Shown here one piece after another: positions 41,960 to 57,810 of a DNA stretch of 64,000 nt. The DNA comes from the human T2T-CHM13v2.0 reference genome, Homo sapiens. A program made the translations under genes and the position numbers. Each line of letters starts with the position of its first letter. The first letter of the stretch is position 1. A model generated the notes under the pieces. The model made no database searches. It saw only the letters and a list, made by a program, of their open reading frames with translations, and was not told the origin of the DNA. Location: assembly GCF_009914755.1 (NCBI RefSeq), contig NC_060944.1. One strand, given 5' to 3'.

Positions 41960-42150
41960 ATTTATCAGGTGTTTAAAAGGGCAGATACTGGCTAGGGACT
42001 GGATAGTGAATTATGCATAAATCAGACATGGTCTTTTGACCTCACAGAAGTAATAGTTTAGTAAGGAAGATAGTTTGTAATCAATTAAACAAATGCATGC
42101 ATAATTACACACTGGGATAAATTCTTTGAAGGCAGTGAATATTGATGTTG
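41960..42150 (-). mobile_element. L2 fragment
   Basis: cagacatggtcttttgacctcacagaag. Confidence 0.55.
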
Positions 42151-42169
42151 AGATGAGATAATACATTAC

Positions 42170-42275
42170 TTTTATTCAGCTTTATTGAGGTATAATTGAT
42201 AATTTATGTATACATTGTGAATTAATTACCATAATCAAGCTAATTAGCATATTCAACACCTCACATAGTTACCAA
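42170..42275 (-). mobile_element. L1MA 3' end fragment
   Basis: cagctttattgaggtataattga..atcaagctaattagcata..cacctcacatagttacca. Confidence 0.75.
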
Positions 42276-42276
42276 T

Positions 42277-42279
42277 CTC

Positions 42280-42312
<33 letters not shown>

Positions 42313-42635
42313 TCTCTCTCTTTCTCTCTCTCTCTTTTTCTCTCTTTCTATCTTTTGACAGAGTCTTGCTCTGTCACCTAGCCTGGAGTGCAGTGGCACA
42401 ATCTTGGTTCACTGCAACCTCTGCCTCCCAGGTTCAAGCAGTTCTCCTGCCTCAGCCTCCTAAGTAGCTGAGATTACAAGCAGGTGCCACCACACCCAAC
42501 TAATTTTTGTGTTTTTAGTAGAGACTGGGTTTCACCATATTGGCCAGACTGGTCTTGAACTCCCGACCTCAAGTGATCCACCCGCCTCATCCTCCCAAAG
42601 TGCTGGGATTAGAGGTGTGAGACACCGCACCTGGC
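42277..42635 (-). mobile_element. AluS (Sz/Sx-like) with CT-rich tail
   Basis: Antisense dimer; tail converted to (TTTC)/(CT). Confidence 0.95.
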
Positions 42636-43427
42636 TCTTTCTTTCTCTTTTTAAACAACATTACTCGTCTTAGTTCCTGCCATGATGGCTGGTCATTTGA
42701 AAGACTGGCAAGAATTCAGGAAGTTTCTCTACCCATCTCTCCAGACCTGATTCTCTGCTCAGAAGCATACCACTACGGTACAAAAGTAAAAATAAAAATT
42801 AAAAATAAAGTCCAAACACAATGATCTGTGTGGAGAGTTCCTACACTGGTTTTAACACATTTTAAATGGCTTCCTAAGGTTGGGTCATTAACATGAGGAT
42901 GCTCTCCTTTTAATGTGAAGTAGAAATCCTTCCAAAGACCATCATAGAGAAGAAGGTGTCTTGAGGAAGCTTCTGTTAGATTTCCTGTGGTAATAGGTGA
43001 ATTTATCCTGTTAACTCTACTGTGGGCTTGAAGTTGATCTCAGATGTGCTAAAAGAAAAGTTGTAATCTCAAAGTTTTTGACAGCTTTCTGTATTAGGAA
43101 AGTTGAAAACCTGGGGAAATGTTTGGGTCTTTGTTTACAAGAAGCTCTATATTGAGTGTCAGTATATGCAAAAGCAGGCCAAAGGTCTGTTTGGAAAAAG
43201 TCAAAGAGCTAGGATGGCCTCCATGGAAGAGTAAAATGAATTTGGTAATGGTGAGTGGGAAATTAAATAAATCAAAAAGGGAATGATAAGAGAAGGGATA
43301 CATACAGGGAGAGACAGACTAACAGACAGAGATACAGAAATGACATTAGGGAATAGAAGGAGAAACAAAAGAGAAATATGTACACAGAAAGATACAAGAA
43401 GAAAGCAAGAGAGAAAAAGACTGATAG

Positions 43428-43474
43428 ACACACACGCGCACATGCACACACACACACACACACACATACACACA
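43428..43474. repeat. (CA)n microsatellite, imperfect
   Basis: cacacacgcgcacatgcacaca... Confidence 0.9.
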
Positions 43475-44632
43475 GGCCACGGGGTGGGAGTCAGAGAAAA
43501 ACCCCAGGACCTGCTAATAATTCACACAGCCAGTGAGAATTTCCCTGTAGCTAAAAATGTCTGATGCTTTCAGAAATGTTAATAACCAACACTGATCTAA
43601 AAGTTTTCTCTCATTGTGTGTAATAACTACTCTCTGTAAATCTTAATAAAGTCGTCTAGCAAATATTTCCCCTAGCATTAGAGGTGTTTTGCAGAAACGA
43701 AGGAAGAGACAGGTAACCAGTCTAGGACAACCATACTGGTGAGAGAAGATGCTATGGGATACAAGAGCCCCAGAACAACAAAAGGGAGAAACAGGTTTCC
43801 CTGTGGCTGACTCAGAAGTGGTGAATGAACTGTCATTTGTCAAAATTATTCTTGAGGAAAGTATACAGAATACATAATGCTATGTACAGGAAAAGGATTT
43901 TTCATTTATTGAATATTTACTAGCTATGTGCTTTAAAGATCAGATCTCATTCTTTAAAATAACCCTACCAATTGGTTGTAGACACTTTCATTTTTTCATA
44001 TTAAAAAAATCAAGGCCTAAGAAAGAATTTCCAGGATGTGGTGCAGGGAGGGGGAACCCAGGAAAAGATCAGTTCCCTGAGTTTTGTTGACTGAGCTAAG
44101 AGACCAAAGAGACAAAAGGAGCTGGAGTTTTCCAGACGGAGTACCAGAGGGGAGAGCTGGAGAGAGACTGGGGTAGGGGGAAAGTGAGGCAGGAGTGAAA
44201 GGAAAAAATAAAAAATTCCAGAGAATCAGAGATTTGTACAATGTCTCCCTCAAGTATTCGACTGAGTAGTGATCAATTCAAGCATGTGAGGAAACTACTT
44301 GAGGCTGAGGAAAGAACCACCTAAAACGTTTAGAGGTTACCATGGCCAACCTTCACACAAGGCCAGGAATGGTTTCTGTTTTCATCAGCAAGACTGGAAA
44401 GGCCGAAGATCCGTGGACGTTAGGTAAAGTACTCAGGAAGGTCTTGCCAAAATAGATGGGAATAATTACCCCAGATTGAGCGCTGCCCTAGTTGCACTGA
44501 AGAAATCTTCAAGCAAGACTAAAAAAACAAAAAATAGAAACAAAAACAACAAAAAACAGCTTCCATGTAACTTAACTGTGTCTCAAAACAAAGCTCAAGA
44601 ATATTGATAGGACTATAAAAATATCCACCACT

Positions 44633-44765
44633 GGCCAGGCGCAGTGGATCATGCCTGTAATCCCAGCACTTTGGGAGGCTGAGGTAGGTGGATCACCTAA
44701 GGTCAGGAGTAGTTCAAGACCAGCCCAGCCAACATGACAAAAACCCGTCTCTACTAAAAATACAA
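44633..44765 (+). mobile_element. AluS left arm only
   Basis: Ends abruptly at taaaaatacaa, with no right arm or tail. Confidence 0.9.
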
Positions 44766-44794
44766 CTTTGAGACATAGCAATAGAAACAATCTA

Positions 44795-45092
<298 letters not shown>

Positions 45093-45324
45093 AATAGAAA
45101 CAATTTAAAATGAAACACATAGGGAAATGATCTAAAATAAATGAACAACATATGACCAACCTGTGGAACAACTTCAAGTAGCCTAATTTAAGTGTCAGTG
45201 GATTTTCTAGTGAAGAGGATACAAAGGAAGGGACAAAAGAGGCATTTGAAGATATAATGGTTGAATAAATTTCCAAACTTAATGAAAATAATGTATCTAA
45301 AGATTTAACAAGCCCAGTGAATCC

Positions 45325-45705
45325 TGTCAAAAATAAAATCAGATCAAATTAAAAATTTTTTAAGTTTATTGTGCATATAAAATAATAGTTCATGAACTAA
45401 GTGACCTCAAGCCCAGTCATAAGAGGAAGCTCAGAGGCATGATGTTACAGGCTGGCTTACACAGCAAAAATGGGGAAGTTGTTTAACCTTTAAAATGATG
45501 GGTTATTATCATGAAGGTTTCAAGATCACAGAGGATTGGTTGAAAGTGCTCATCTTATACCATCTTTAGAAGGCAACTTAAGATTGGTTTACGATGATCA
45601 GAAGTGTTTACAAGAAATAACTTTAAGTTTCGCTTATGTGGCCAAATTGGCTTTGTCTGTTCAGAGAATTCTGAAGTCTGGTCTCCATGTTATTTTATGT
45701 TCACA
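45325..45705 (-). mobile_element. ERV1 solo LTR (MER110/MER90-like) inside the L1
   Basis: TG...CA ends; the L1 reads through on removal (gtgaatcc|actccaggcacaag); reverse complement starts tgtgaacataaaataacatggagaccag. Confidence 0.6.
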
Positions 45706-46752
45706 ACTCCAGGCACAAGAAACATGAAGAAAATGACACTATAACACATCATAATTATATTGCTCAAAAACAGTGATAATAAGAAAGTCTCAGAAGAAGC
45801 CAGTGGGGGAAAATATATGAACAGAGAAAAATAAAGTTGCCATCAGATTTCTTATTAGAAACAGTGCAAATAGGAAGACAGTAGAGCTAAATCTTTACTG
45901 AAAGAAAAAAAACCCATCAATCTAGAGTTCTATGTCCAACAAAAATATATTACAACATTGAAAGTGAAATAAAGATATTTTGAGACAAAAAAAAAAGCCT
46001 GATGGAACAAATAGAAAAGACATAGCAAGGTGATGGACATAAACTGAACCATATCAATAATCACATTAAATGTAAATGGTCTATACACCCCATTAAAAGA
46101 CAGAGATATCAGATTGGATAAAAAAGCAAGACTCAACTCTGTGCTGCCTCTAAGGAACACAGTGTATAGATAGACACAAATAAATTGAATTAAACAATGG
46201 AAAAGGATAGGCTAGAACTAACCAAAAGAAAGTTGGAATGCTTATTAATATCATAAAACATAGATTTCAGAGCAAACAATATTACCAAGGATAAATTTCA
46301 TAACAATAAAAGAGAGAATTCATCAAGACTGAACAATCCTAAATGTTTATATGCCTAAAAACAGAGTTTCAAAATACATAAAGCAAAAGCTGACAGAACT
46401 ACAAGGAGAACTAGACAAATATGCAATTATTATTGAAGATTTAATGCTATCTCAATAACTGATAGAATAAATACAGAGAAAATGTTTTAATTGCAGTAGT
46501 AATTAGTAATAATTAAAAAAAAGCAAGCAACCCAACTAAAAAATGGGCAAAAGATTTTGAAAAGCCTTTAATGAATAGCCCTTCATGAATATTTAGAGAT
46601 GACAACTATACACATAAAATATTTTCCATATCATTAGTCATTAGGAAAATGTAAAATGAAAACAAAATAGAGTATCACTGTGTTCTTATTAGAATTGCTA
46701 TAATTTAAAAGATTAACCATACCAAGTGTTAGTAAGAATGTGGAGGAACTGG

Positions 46753-47272
<520 letters not shown>

Positions 47273-47710
47273 TTATTTGTAATAGCCAAAAAGTGGAAAC
47301 CACACAAATGTCCATCAACAGGTGAATGTATAAACAACTTGTGCTATATTCATACTATAGAGTACTGTTTAACAATAAATAGAATAAAATATTGACACAT
47401 GCTACAACATGTATGAACCTTAGCATAATTATGCTGAGTTAAGGAAGCCAGAGGAAAAAAACATACTGAACGATTTCATTTATATAAAATTCTAGGAAAT
47501 GCAACTTAACATACAGTGTCAGAAAGAAGATCAGTGGTTTCCTGGGGACAGAGGTTGGGCAGACAGGAAAAGGCATGAGAGAAATTTTAAAAGGCTGTAA
47601 TAAAACTTCAGAGTGATGGAGATGTTTGCTATCTTGATTAAATTGATGACTTCATGGTTGTATACATATGTCAACATGTATCAAATTGCATACTTTAAAT
47701 ATGGGCAGTT

Positions 47711-47735
47711 TGTGTGTGTGTGTGTGTGTGTGTGT
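47711..47735. repeat. (TG)12 microsatellite
   Basis: Direct reading. Confidence 0.95.
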
Positions 47736-47804
47736 CAGTTACAATGCAATAATGCTGTTCATTTTTTTAAGGAGAGTAAACATTCAGTTTTTTAGCTGCA
47801 ATAG

Positions 47805-47911
47805 TAACATTTCAAGTGCTTGATAACCACGTGAGGCTAATGGCTACTGTCTGGTCTGTGCAGATATAAACATTTCCATTAATGCTGAAAGTTCTTCTAG
47901 ACACAACTGCT
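47805..47911 (-). mobile_element. MER3 fragment
   Basis: catttcaagtgct..gcagatataaacatttcca..gaaagttct. Confidence 0.7.
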
Positions 47912-49305
47912 CTAACTCCTCTACTGTATTTAATAAGTGAATGATAAATTTAAAAAGCACACAGGGATTATTCTTCCTTTCACAAATGCTTCAGGTACTT
48001 TATCCAGTATTTACAATACTCTGTAATATATGCAAAGTCTCTCAAATATCATGATGCCACACCACAGTGAAACATTTTTCTTTCTGCAGTTGAATCAACA
48101 CAAGTTCTTTCTTTGCTTTCTTTTTTTTTTTTTTAAATCACAGCTTGAAACCATTTTCTAAGTGCTCACTGACTTCTCTACTTGGCTAGAGCTATAGAAA
48201 TAACCAAACATTCCAGCTGCGTAAAATGATCTCTGTATTTAATCTCTCTTGTTATACAGAGATAACAAGAAACTTGCATGCATTTGGAGTGCAACTCATG
48301 TTTGTGAAATATATTACTATACTGAAATTGCTGGCTCTTCTAATATCATCCTTAGTTTATGTTATGGGAGTTGAATTTCAAATCACCAGAAATTCAGAAA
48401 CAGGTACACTAAATTACCTGCCCAAGGGACAGTGCCATTTTTAATTTATGCTATACTTTCTTTTGATTTTTAAATAGTCTTTTCCAAAAGCTAAATGACA
48501 TCAATTTTCGATATGAACCTGTACCTCTGCCCCAACTTTTTCTCAGGGGTCAGATTAGTGACCTGAGTGTGACTGAATAATCAAACTTTTTTGAATAATC
48601 AATAATTTTCCAAGCATAATTTGAGAGAATACAAGACTGACTGGAGGATAGAAGGGAAGTATGTTTTGTTCTCAGAAAAGTCCAGTTACAAGAAAATGCT
48701 CAAGATAGAAGCATATCTTCTCACCATGATTCTCAATTTGGAATCAGTTAAGATAAAAGTGAGGGTCAAAAGGCCTAATCAAACTTGGACATCGACCCAT
48801 GAAAACACAGGTCGTCACTGAAGCAGTCAAAGTCTTTGCTTCTGTCTAGCTTTTCATGCTCAGTTCAGTATCTCATGCCAACCAGAAGCTATATTTGGCA
48901 GTTGCACATATTTCATATTTTAGAGGGAGAAATAATTATTAAGAACTCTGGTACAAAGAAATTTCCAAATGTGGAGTCTATAGGGAAAAGGAATTAAAAG
49001 CGTTCTTTGGTGGAAAAATGTCGGAGCCACTACTGGACTTTAACAGCAAACACCTTAATTAAGTGTTAATACCTTGGCAGGGATTAGTTGACTGCTGGCA
49101 GAGAACAAGGTGCTCGCACAACCGAAGGATTAGAAGGGAGCCTGGCAGCAATGTGAAGGCTCTAAATACCAGGGGCTTATTTGGGGAGTGGGGCATGTCT
49201 AAGACAAATTGGTATTCTCTAGAAATGATGTGAAAGGCATTTGTGTGGAGGTGGAATAAGAGGCCTGGCTCTGTCTTTTTGCTATCCCTAACCTGCTAGG
49301 TAACC

Positions 49306-49770
49306 TGTAGATTTGGTAATGCCTCCATCATTCACCCTCCTTTTACCTATACCTTTTGCCATGTAACATTGCAGTGGCTCCCCAAAAGGTAGTTATACTT
49401 CTCTACCCCGTGTGACTTGCTTTGGCCAACAGACTGAGCAACGTATTTGTCCTCTAAGACTACATCTTGAGAGACCTATGTGTTTTCTCTTGTGCTCTTG
49501 CACCACTGCCCTGAACTTGAGAACGTACCTTGGCTAGCCTGCTGGAAGATGAGAGACAGAGCAGATTCGAGTTGCCCCAGTCTTTTGAGCGGAGGCCAGC
49601 CTCAATCAGCCAACAGCCAGCCAAGTACAGAAATGCAAGTGAACCTAGCTAAGCCAAGATCATAAGAGCTGATTCAAGATCAATGAGCAATAAACATTCA
49701 TGGCAATATGCCTCTGAGGTTTTGTAGTTGTTTGTTATGCAGCATGACTGCAGCAGTAGATAACTGATAG
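49306..49770 (+). mobile_element. MLT1 (H/I-like) LTR
   Basis: ttttgccatgtaac; gtgacttgctttggccaa; tttgttatgcagca..taactgata. Confidence 0.75.
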
Positions 49771-50333
49771 GGCACACATGCTCTCTGAAATGATTGGAAA
49801 TGAAAGGGTTTAACTAGATGGTCTCTCAGGTGCCATACAGCTCAGCCTTCTGCAACTGAACCAACACAAAGTCTTGGGCTGACCCATCAAAATCTTTTCT
49901 CTGTCACCTTAGACATACCTATCACAGAATGCACTGTCAAACTCTACCCCATCAATTGCCTCTAAGTTAACCTTATCTATGCAAAGTCATCTGCTGGACA
50001 ATTATAATTTACAAGATTTGTGCACTTTACTTTTTAAATTGTCTGCAAAGTTGAAAGACAGGAGTGACAAATTTATGGCTCCATGAGACCCAGTAAAGCT
50101 TCCGTTTGCTTACAGAGAATAGAGAGAGAAAGGAAGAAAAGAGGGAAGAAACACAAGAAGAAGGGAAATAAGAAGGGAACAAGACAATCCAATACCTTAA
50201 TGAATTGTGCACACTCCTTTAGATTACCCTTGAGCCCACCGTTATTTTTCTTATCCCAGCCAATCTCACTCAATTACATTATACACACAGTCCCGGGAGG
50301 AATCTAAGTATGTCTAGCACGGTTAGCAATAAC

Positions 50334-50407
50334 GCTTTTGGAATAAGCTTTCGGAGGAATGAGCTCAATATTGCTTTTGGATTAAGCTTTCGGAGGAATG
50401 AGCTCAA
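50334..50407. repeat. 35-bp tandem duplication with 4-nt spacer
   Basis: gcttttgga(a/t)taagctttcggaggaatgagctcaa occurs twice. Confidence 0.95.
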
Positions 50408-50600
50408 GTCTCCACTCTCTTGGTTAAGAATGATATGACTTTGGCAAGCTACTTGACCCCTTTTAGCCTCAATTTTTTCATCTATAAATTAAAGATTAAT
50501 ACCTGTCCAGACTACTTCAGAGGGTTATTCTGAGGAGAAAATGTGACAACATCTGTAACACTGATTTAAAAACCCTAACGTGCTTCAGAAAATGTTAGGC
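50400..50600 (+). mobile_element. MIR
   Basis: tgactttggcaagctacttgacc..gcctcaattttttcatctataaa. Confidence 0.7.
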
Positions 50601-51977
50601 TCTATCATGAGGACAGTTGCTAAGGGCAAAGGTCTTTGTTAGGGAAGTGATAAGGTAACTAACTTAGTTAAGACCTGGGGATCTCTCGAGGTCTTGCATG
50701 GAATCTTTGATACATCCACTTCTTCAAGCAACACTAAGAAGGATCCCAATGATCTAGCAGAGAAAAAAAAAAACTCCTCCCTCTTTCCTGTCTTGAAAGC
50801 AATACTTGGAAAAATATCAGGCTACCCTTGGAAGTAGCTACTCAGGGATCTTGCCTTTGTGTCCTTACTTTAAACCCTACCTTAGAAAGATAAATGGAGG
50901 TTGGACGCTAACGGTGGTCCCAAGGTGAACAGATTTTCTTAAGGCACAGAGCAGGGAGAGCTGAATAAGGTCATGTGCTATCCAACCCTCACCACCCAAG
51001 GGTATCCAGGTGCCACACAGAGCTGACCTTCTTAGAGAAGATTCAAATAAGGATCCTCCCCCCACCCCAATGTTACTGTGAATCTGTGCACAGCAAGAAA
51101 ATCAACAGACAGATGGCACTGTAAATATCAGGTGCCAAGTGTACACTGCTTCTTCTATGCAAAAGCCAAATAAAAAGTGAAAGAAAATTGTCTTACTTTT
51201 ATTATTGTCTCCATACAAAGGTTAACTATGAAACTGAAGCAGATCGGCCTGTAATAAAAATAAGAGCCCCATTATTTCACCCAAGTCACTTTCTCATTAA
51301 TCAGATGGAAGTGGGCTTTAATTGTTTTAATCTTGTGCAATAAAAGCATCTAAATATCCTATAAATAAATTATACACACTGATGATCACTCTCTTAGCTG
51401 AAGTCCCTTAGGCATCTTCAGTATAAGCAAATATACCAATTTCTGTTCAAACTGCAGACATTCCACTCACAACCTTTGCTGTTACATAGTCCTCTTTCAT
51501 TTCTGCTGTTTTCCCTATATTCCTGTTGCAGAAAACTCTCTCTCTATCATTTCAGGATGGACCTAAAAAAAATTGGTTATCTGGATTTATCTACATACTT
51601 GATCTCCAAATGGTAAGGTCTCAAAAGTTCCACCAATATCTGGGTACAGTCATAAGCAAACATTCCTCAAACATGCCTAAAACATAATTCACGTGTAGGA
51701 AAAAGAATTAACAGTGGATCTGTCACTTGTTCTTTCCCTCCTTGGGATGTCCCTGAGGATGCATTGACCTAGACAAGAACAGATCTTGTAAACACTGTGA
51801 TGGGATTTACTAACAGGACGATAACCCAGAAACTTCTCTAAGGTTTTAGCAGGTTATTCCTGGTCTGCCTTGATTGCTTCAGGTAATTAGCTGGAATTTA
51901 TGAGACATAGTCTGCTGGAGAATGGACTTTAGTCATGTAGGCTCCCTACCTGTGTGACTAATAAAGTATAAAAAACT

Positions 51978-52342
51978 GGCCAGGCATGGTGGCTTATGCC
52001 TGTTATCCCAGCGCCTTGGGAAGCTGAGGCAGGAGGATCGCTTGAGCCCAGGAGTTTGAGACCAGCCTGGGTAACACAGGGAGACATCGACTCTACGAAA
52101 ATAATAAAAAAATTAGCCAGGCATGGTCTTGAACACCTGTAGCCCAAGCTACCTGGGAAGCTGAGATGGGAGAATCACTTGAGCCCAGGAGGTTGAATCT
52201 GAAGTGAGCCATTATTGTGCCACTGCACTCCAGCATGGGTGACAGATAGAGCAAGACTCTGTCTCAAAACAAGCAAACAAGCCAAAAAAAAAACAAACGA
52301 AACAAAACAAAACAAAACAAAACAAACAAACAAACAAAAACA
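51978..52342 (+). mobile_element. AluJ with (CAAAA)n tail
   Basis: Full dimer, J-type positions. Confidence 0.95.
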
Positions 52343-52679
52343 ACCCTGAGAAGCCCTAAATCTAAATGGCTTAAACTGAACTAACTTGTATCAGACTCTT
52401 AGGTAATGCCTGTCAGTGACTCCTAAACCAAAATGCATCCCAGTGCAGAAAAGGGGATCTTTAGGAAGTGTATCAGAGGTGCAAGGCCCCTTCAGAAATA
52501 GACGTTGGAATACTGAGATTGTGCTTATGATTTGCTCATATTTTTTGCTAGTTATCAGTGACATTTCTATGTTGGGTAGGGTCCATGATGCTTTGTGGAA
52601 CAACAATGTGCTAGAAACAATATCTATTCTTAAAGAGTAAGTAAATATTTCAAGGGAAATGCCCTAATTCTTTGAAGTC

Positions 52680-53170
52680 TGTGGTGAGCTGAAAATGGCC
52701 CCTCAAAAGATATCCACGTCCTCATTCCTGGAACGCATAAGTTTTACCTTACATGGCAAAAACTTTGCAAGTGTGATTAAGCTCAGGATCTTGAGATGTG
52801 GAGATAATCCTGGATTATCCAGGTGTACCCTAAATACCATCATATATATCCTTACAACAGAGAGACAGGGTGAAATGACACACAGAGGAGATAGCAATGT
52901 GAAGAGAGGGATTTGAAGATGCTGGCCTTGAAGACTGCAGGATGTGGCCACAAGCCAAAGAATGCTGGAATCCACCAGAAGCTGGAAGAAGCAAGGAACA
53001 GATGGTCTCCTATGGCCTCTGGAGGAAGTGGGTCCCTGTAGATACCTTATTTTTAGGTCATTGATAATAACTTCAGATTTCTGGCCCCCAGACTGAGAGA
53101 ATAGATGTCAACTGTTTTAAGCCACCATGTTTGAGGTAATTGGTTACAGTGGTCACAGGAAATTAATACA
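52680..53170 (+). mobile_element. MLT1C/D MaLR LTR
   Basis: tgtggtgagctgaaaatggcccc..aagatatccacgtcct...ggaaattaataca. Confidence 0.85.
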
Positions 53171-54509
53171 GAGCCTAAAGATTAATACAAAGTCCTGAAA
53201 CATCAGTTCATTAAGTATAAACAAAAACCCAAGTAAGCAATATGGCTTCTTCTAGAACAAATAATTTATGCCTAATAGCTCATTCAACTGGCAAAACTGG
53301 CTTGTGCTCCTAATGTAAGAGCTAGATCATTTAAGCTCATTATAAACAAAGACTTTTCTGATGACATTGGCATTCCCAGTCTTCACAGACCTTTAAAATA
53401 AGTTTAGTAAGTGGATAAATGAGTTAAAATATTAACAAAGTAAGAGCTTGGAATAAACATCAGCAATTATTGACTAAATGGGGGATTGTGGATTGAATAG
53501 ACAATTGGCAGACCCTTGGGATTATCTCCCTGAAGAAACAGCATCACAGCAGAACTTCACATGAATGAGATGTGTGTGGTCAACCACCAGCTTGAATGAT
53601 GTTCCACACCAGCTCAAGGTCATGCATGCTGTGACTTCAGCCTATCTCCTCTTGCCTTTGGGGTAATGGTTGACACACCCACAGCCCTCAGCATGGTTTC
53701 TTGTTTTGTTTCCACATCACTCTCAAATTTCAAGTTTTGTTTTTCATGCTACTATGATTTGGTTCCTGCTCTGTGGTTTCAGCAAAATCAGCTCATTTTA
53801 ACTATACTGAGAAGCATCTTGGGAAATGAGTGGTTTAGGTTGCCCATGGTATAAACTGCTGAAAAAATTTTAACAACAGGAGAATGGGGATAGAGAGAGG
53901 ACAGTAGACAGACACTTCACTCTTTCCAAGTCCCATTTTCAGAGTATGTTCTTAGTATTTGATTTGAGATGAAGCCATCCCCAGTCAAAAGTAAACAGAA
54001 CATATATTACAAAGCTAACTATAAGTAATATTAATTACCTGACATTGGGGCTCATTCATTCTTTTTCTTCTTTCAATCTTAGCGATTAATTGAAAGTTGT
54101 CAGTATCAAGTTATTTCTTACTAAATTGCCATCATTTAGTCAAAAGCTGAAAATGGTGCATTTATCTTTTTTTAATGTCATTTTTGCTGTGAGTGACACC
54201 ACATCAAAAAGCAATTTTTGCTTTTAATATATGAATCACATTCGACATATCACCAATGTCACAGTTCATCCTCTTAGAACAAGCTTGTAGAACTGTGACA
54301 TTGGTGACTCAGTTTGTGAAATGAAAAGGGCCACAAAAAGGAAAAAATCCTTTACAGCTATTAAATTAAGCAAATAATAGGTGGTCAATTTAATACCTAT
54401 AACTCATCTTGGCTAATGAATGGGTTACAAAATGATTAACCTAATTTATTAGTGTTGCAATATTCTGGGTACTCTATATTATTTTCATGCGTTGATCTTA
54501 CACTTCTAC

Positions 54510-54665
54510 ACTAGTGCCTCTTTACCTGTAATGTGTACATGAATGCCTTGGTGAAAGGCAGGTTCTAGCTTTGTAGGTCTGGGGTAGGACCCAAAAATCT
54601 GCATTTTAACATGCTTTTGGTGATACCAATGCTGCCACTCCATGGATCACATTTTATGTAGTAAC
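54510..54665. mobile_element. MER5-family fragment
   Basis: gtaggtctggggtaggaccc..tctgcattttaaca. Confidence 0.6.
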
Positions 54666-55603
54666 GTTTTAAATGAATGAAGAACAGAAAAATGAGTTAA
54701 TTCTGCCTAAATCCTCTAAATCTGAAAAGAAAAATGAGATAATAAAAGAAGGGGGAATGCCAATGTAACAACTAAAAAAAAAGAGAAATATGAATCCAGT
54801 TTGGTGGAATATATATTGTTTTCTCAGTACTTGTGGCCTCAGCTTTTTCTCCCCTAAAAATCAGTAATCAAGAGAGGATATGCATCAAAGAGAAGAAAGT
54901 TTTAAAAAATGACTCAGAGAAAACCCAATGTTAATAAAAAATGTTCCCAAAACTTTCTCATCTCCCATACAGAGAATAAAATCTTCTCTTATCTGGTAAT
55001 GATCTTCCAAAGACTGAGATAGCCTTTTATTTGTTATCCAAAGGACAAACTTCCCAGACACTTCCCTTTTGGCTGATAGACTTCATACAGCCATAGCCCT
55101 GCCCTGCCCCACACACCCTGGACACCTGTCTCTTAAGGCGCTTTCCCATTGAGGGCTGCCTCCATCATGGCAGTGCAGGTCTTGGAACGCATCTTTTCTC
55201 TATCACCTACATCCCTGCCCAGGCTTTCTTGTCCAGAAACCGCACAGACATTCCTCGAGCTGAACCAGAAAAGCCAACAGTACCAAATCTCTAACTTTTT
55301 AAAAATGTATTCTTCAAATTGACATATGGCTTACTACAATATATACAACATACTACAGTAAAGTGCACAAATCTTAAGTGTATGGCTCAATGAATATTGG
55401 CATATTTGGACACCCATGTAACAACAACTCAGACCAAGATCTAAAGCCGTGCCATCCAATAGAATTTTCTGCAATGCTGGAAATGTTCCATAAAAAAAGA
55501 TAATTATGCACTAATTCATTAGCCATTAGCCACAGTGTTATGAGCACCTCAAATCTCATTAATGTGAATGAGAAACTTATTTAATTAATTCAATTTCAAA
55601 TAG

Positions 55604-57488
<1,885 letters not shown>

Positions 57489-57610
57489 TGACATATGGCT
57501 TACTACAATATATACAACATACTACAGTAAAGTGCACAAATCTTAAGTGTATGGCTCAATGAATATTGGCATATTTGGACACCCACATAACAACTCAGAC
57601 CAAGATCTAA

Positions 57611-57810
57611 AGCTGTGCCATCCAATAGAATTTTCTGCAATGCTGGAAATGTTCCATAAAAAAACATAATTATGCACTGTCTAATTCATTAGCCATTAGC
57701 CACAGTGTTATGAGCACCTCAAATCTCATTAATGTGAATGAGAAACTTATTTAATTAATTCAATTTCAAATAGCCACAGTGGCTAGTGGCTGCCATGTTG
57801 AACAGCACAG
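57611..57810 (+). mobile_element. MER3 (complete here; 3'-truncated duplicate at about 55446-55625), nested in an old antisense L1M 3' end
   Basis: tccaatagaattttctgcaatgctggaaatgttc...aaatagccacagtggctagtggctgccatgttgaacagcacag. Confidence 0.8.

Noticed and set aside
50877-51065. Minus-strand exon candidate ending at AAG|gtaggg
   Set aside because: A donor-like site only; no convincing acceptor or recognisable peptide
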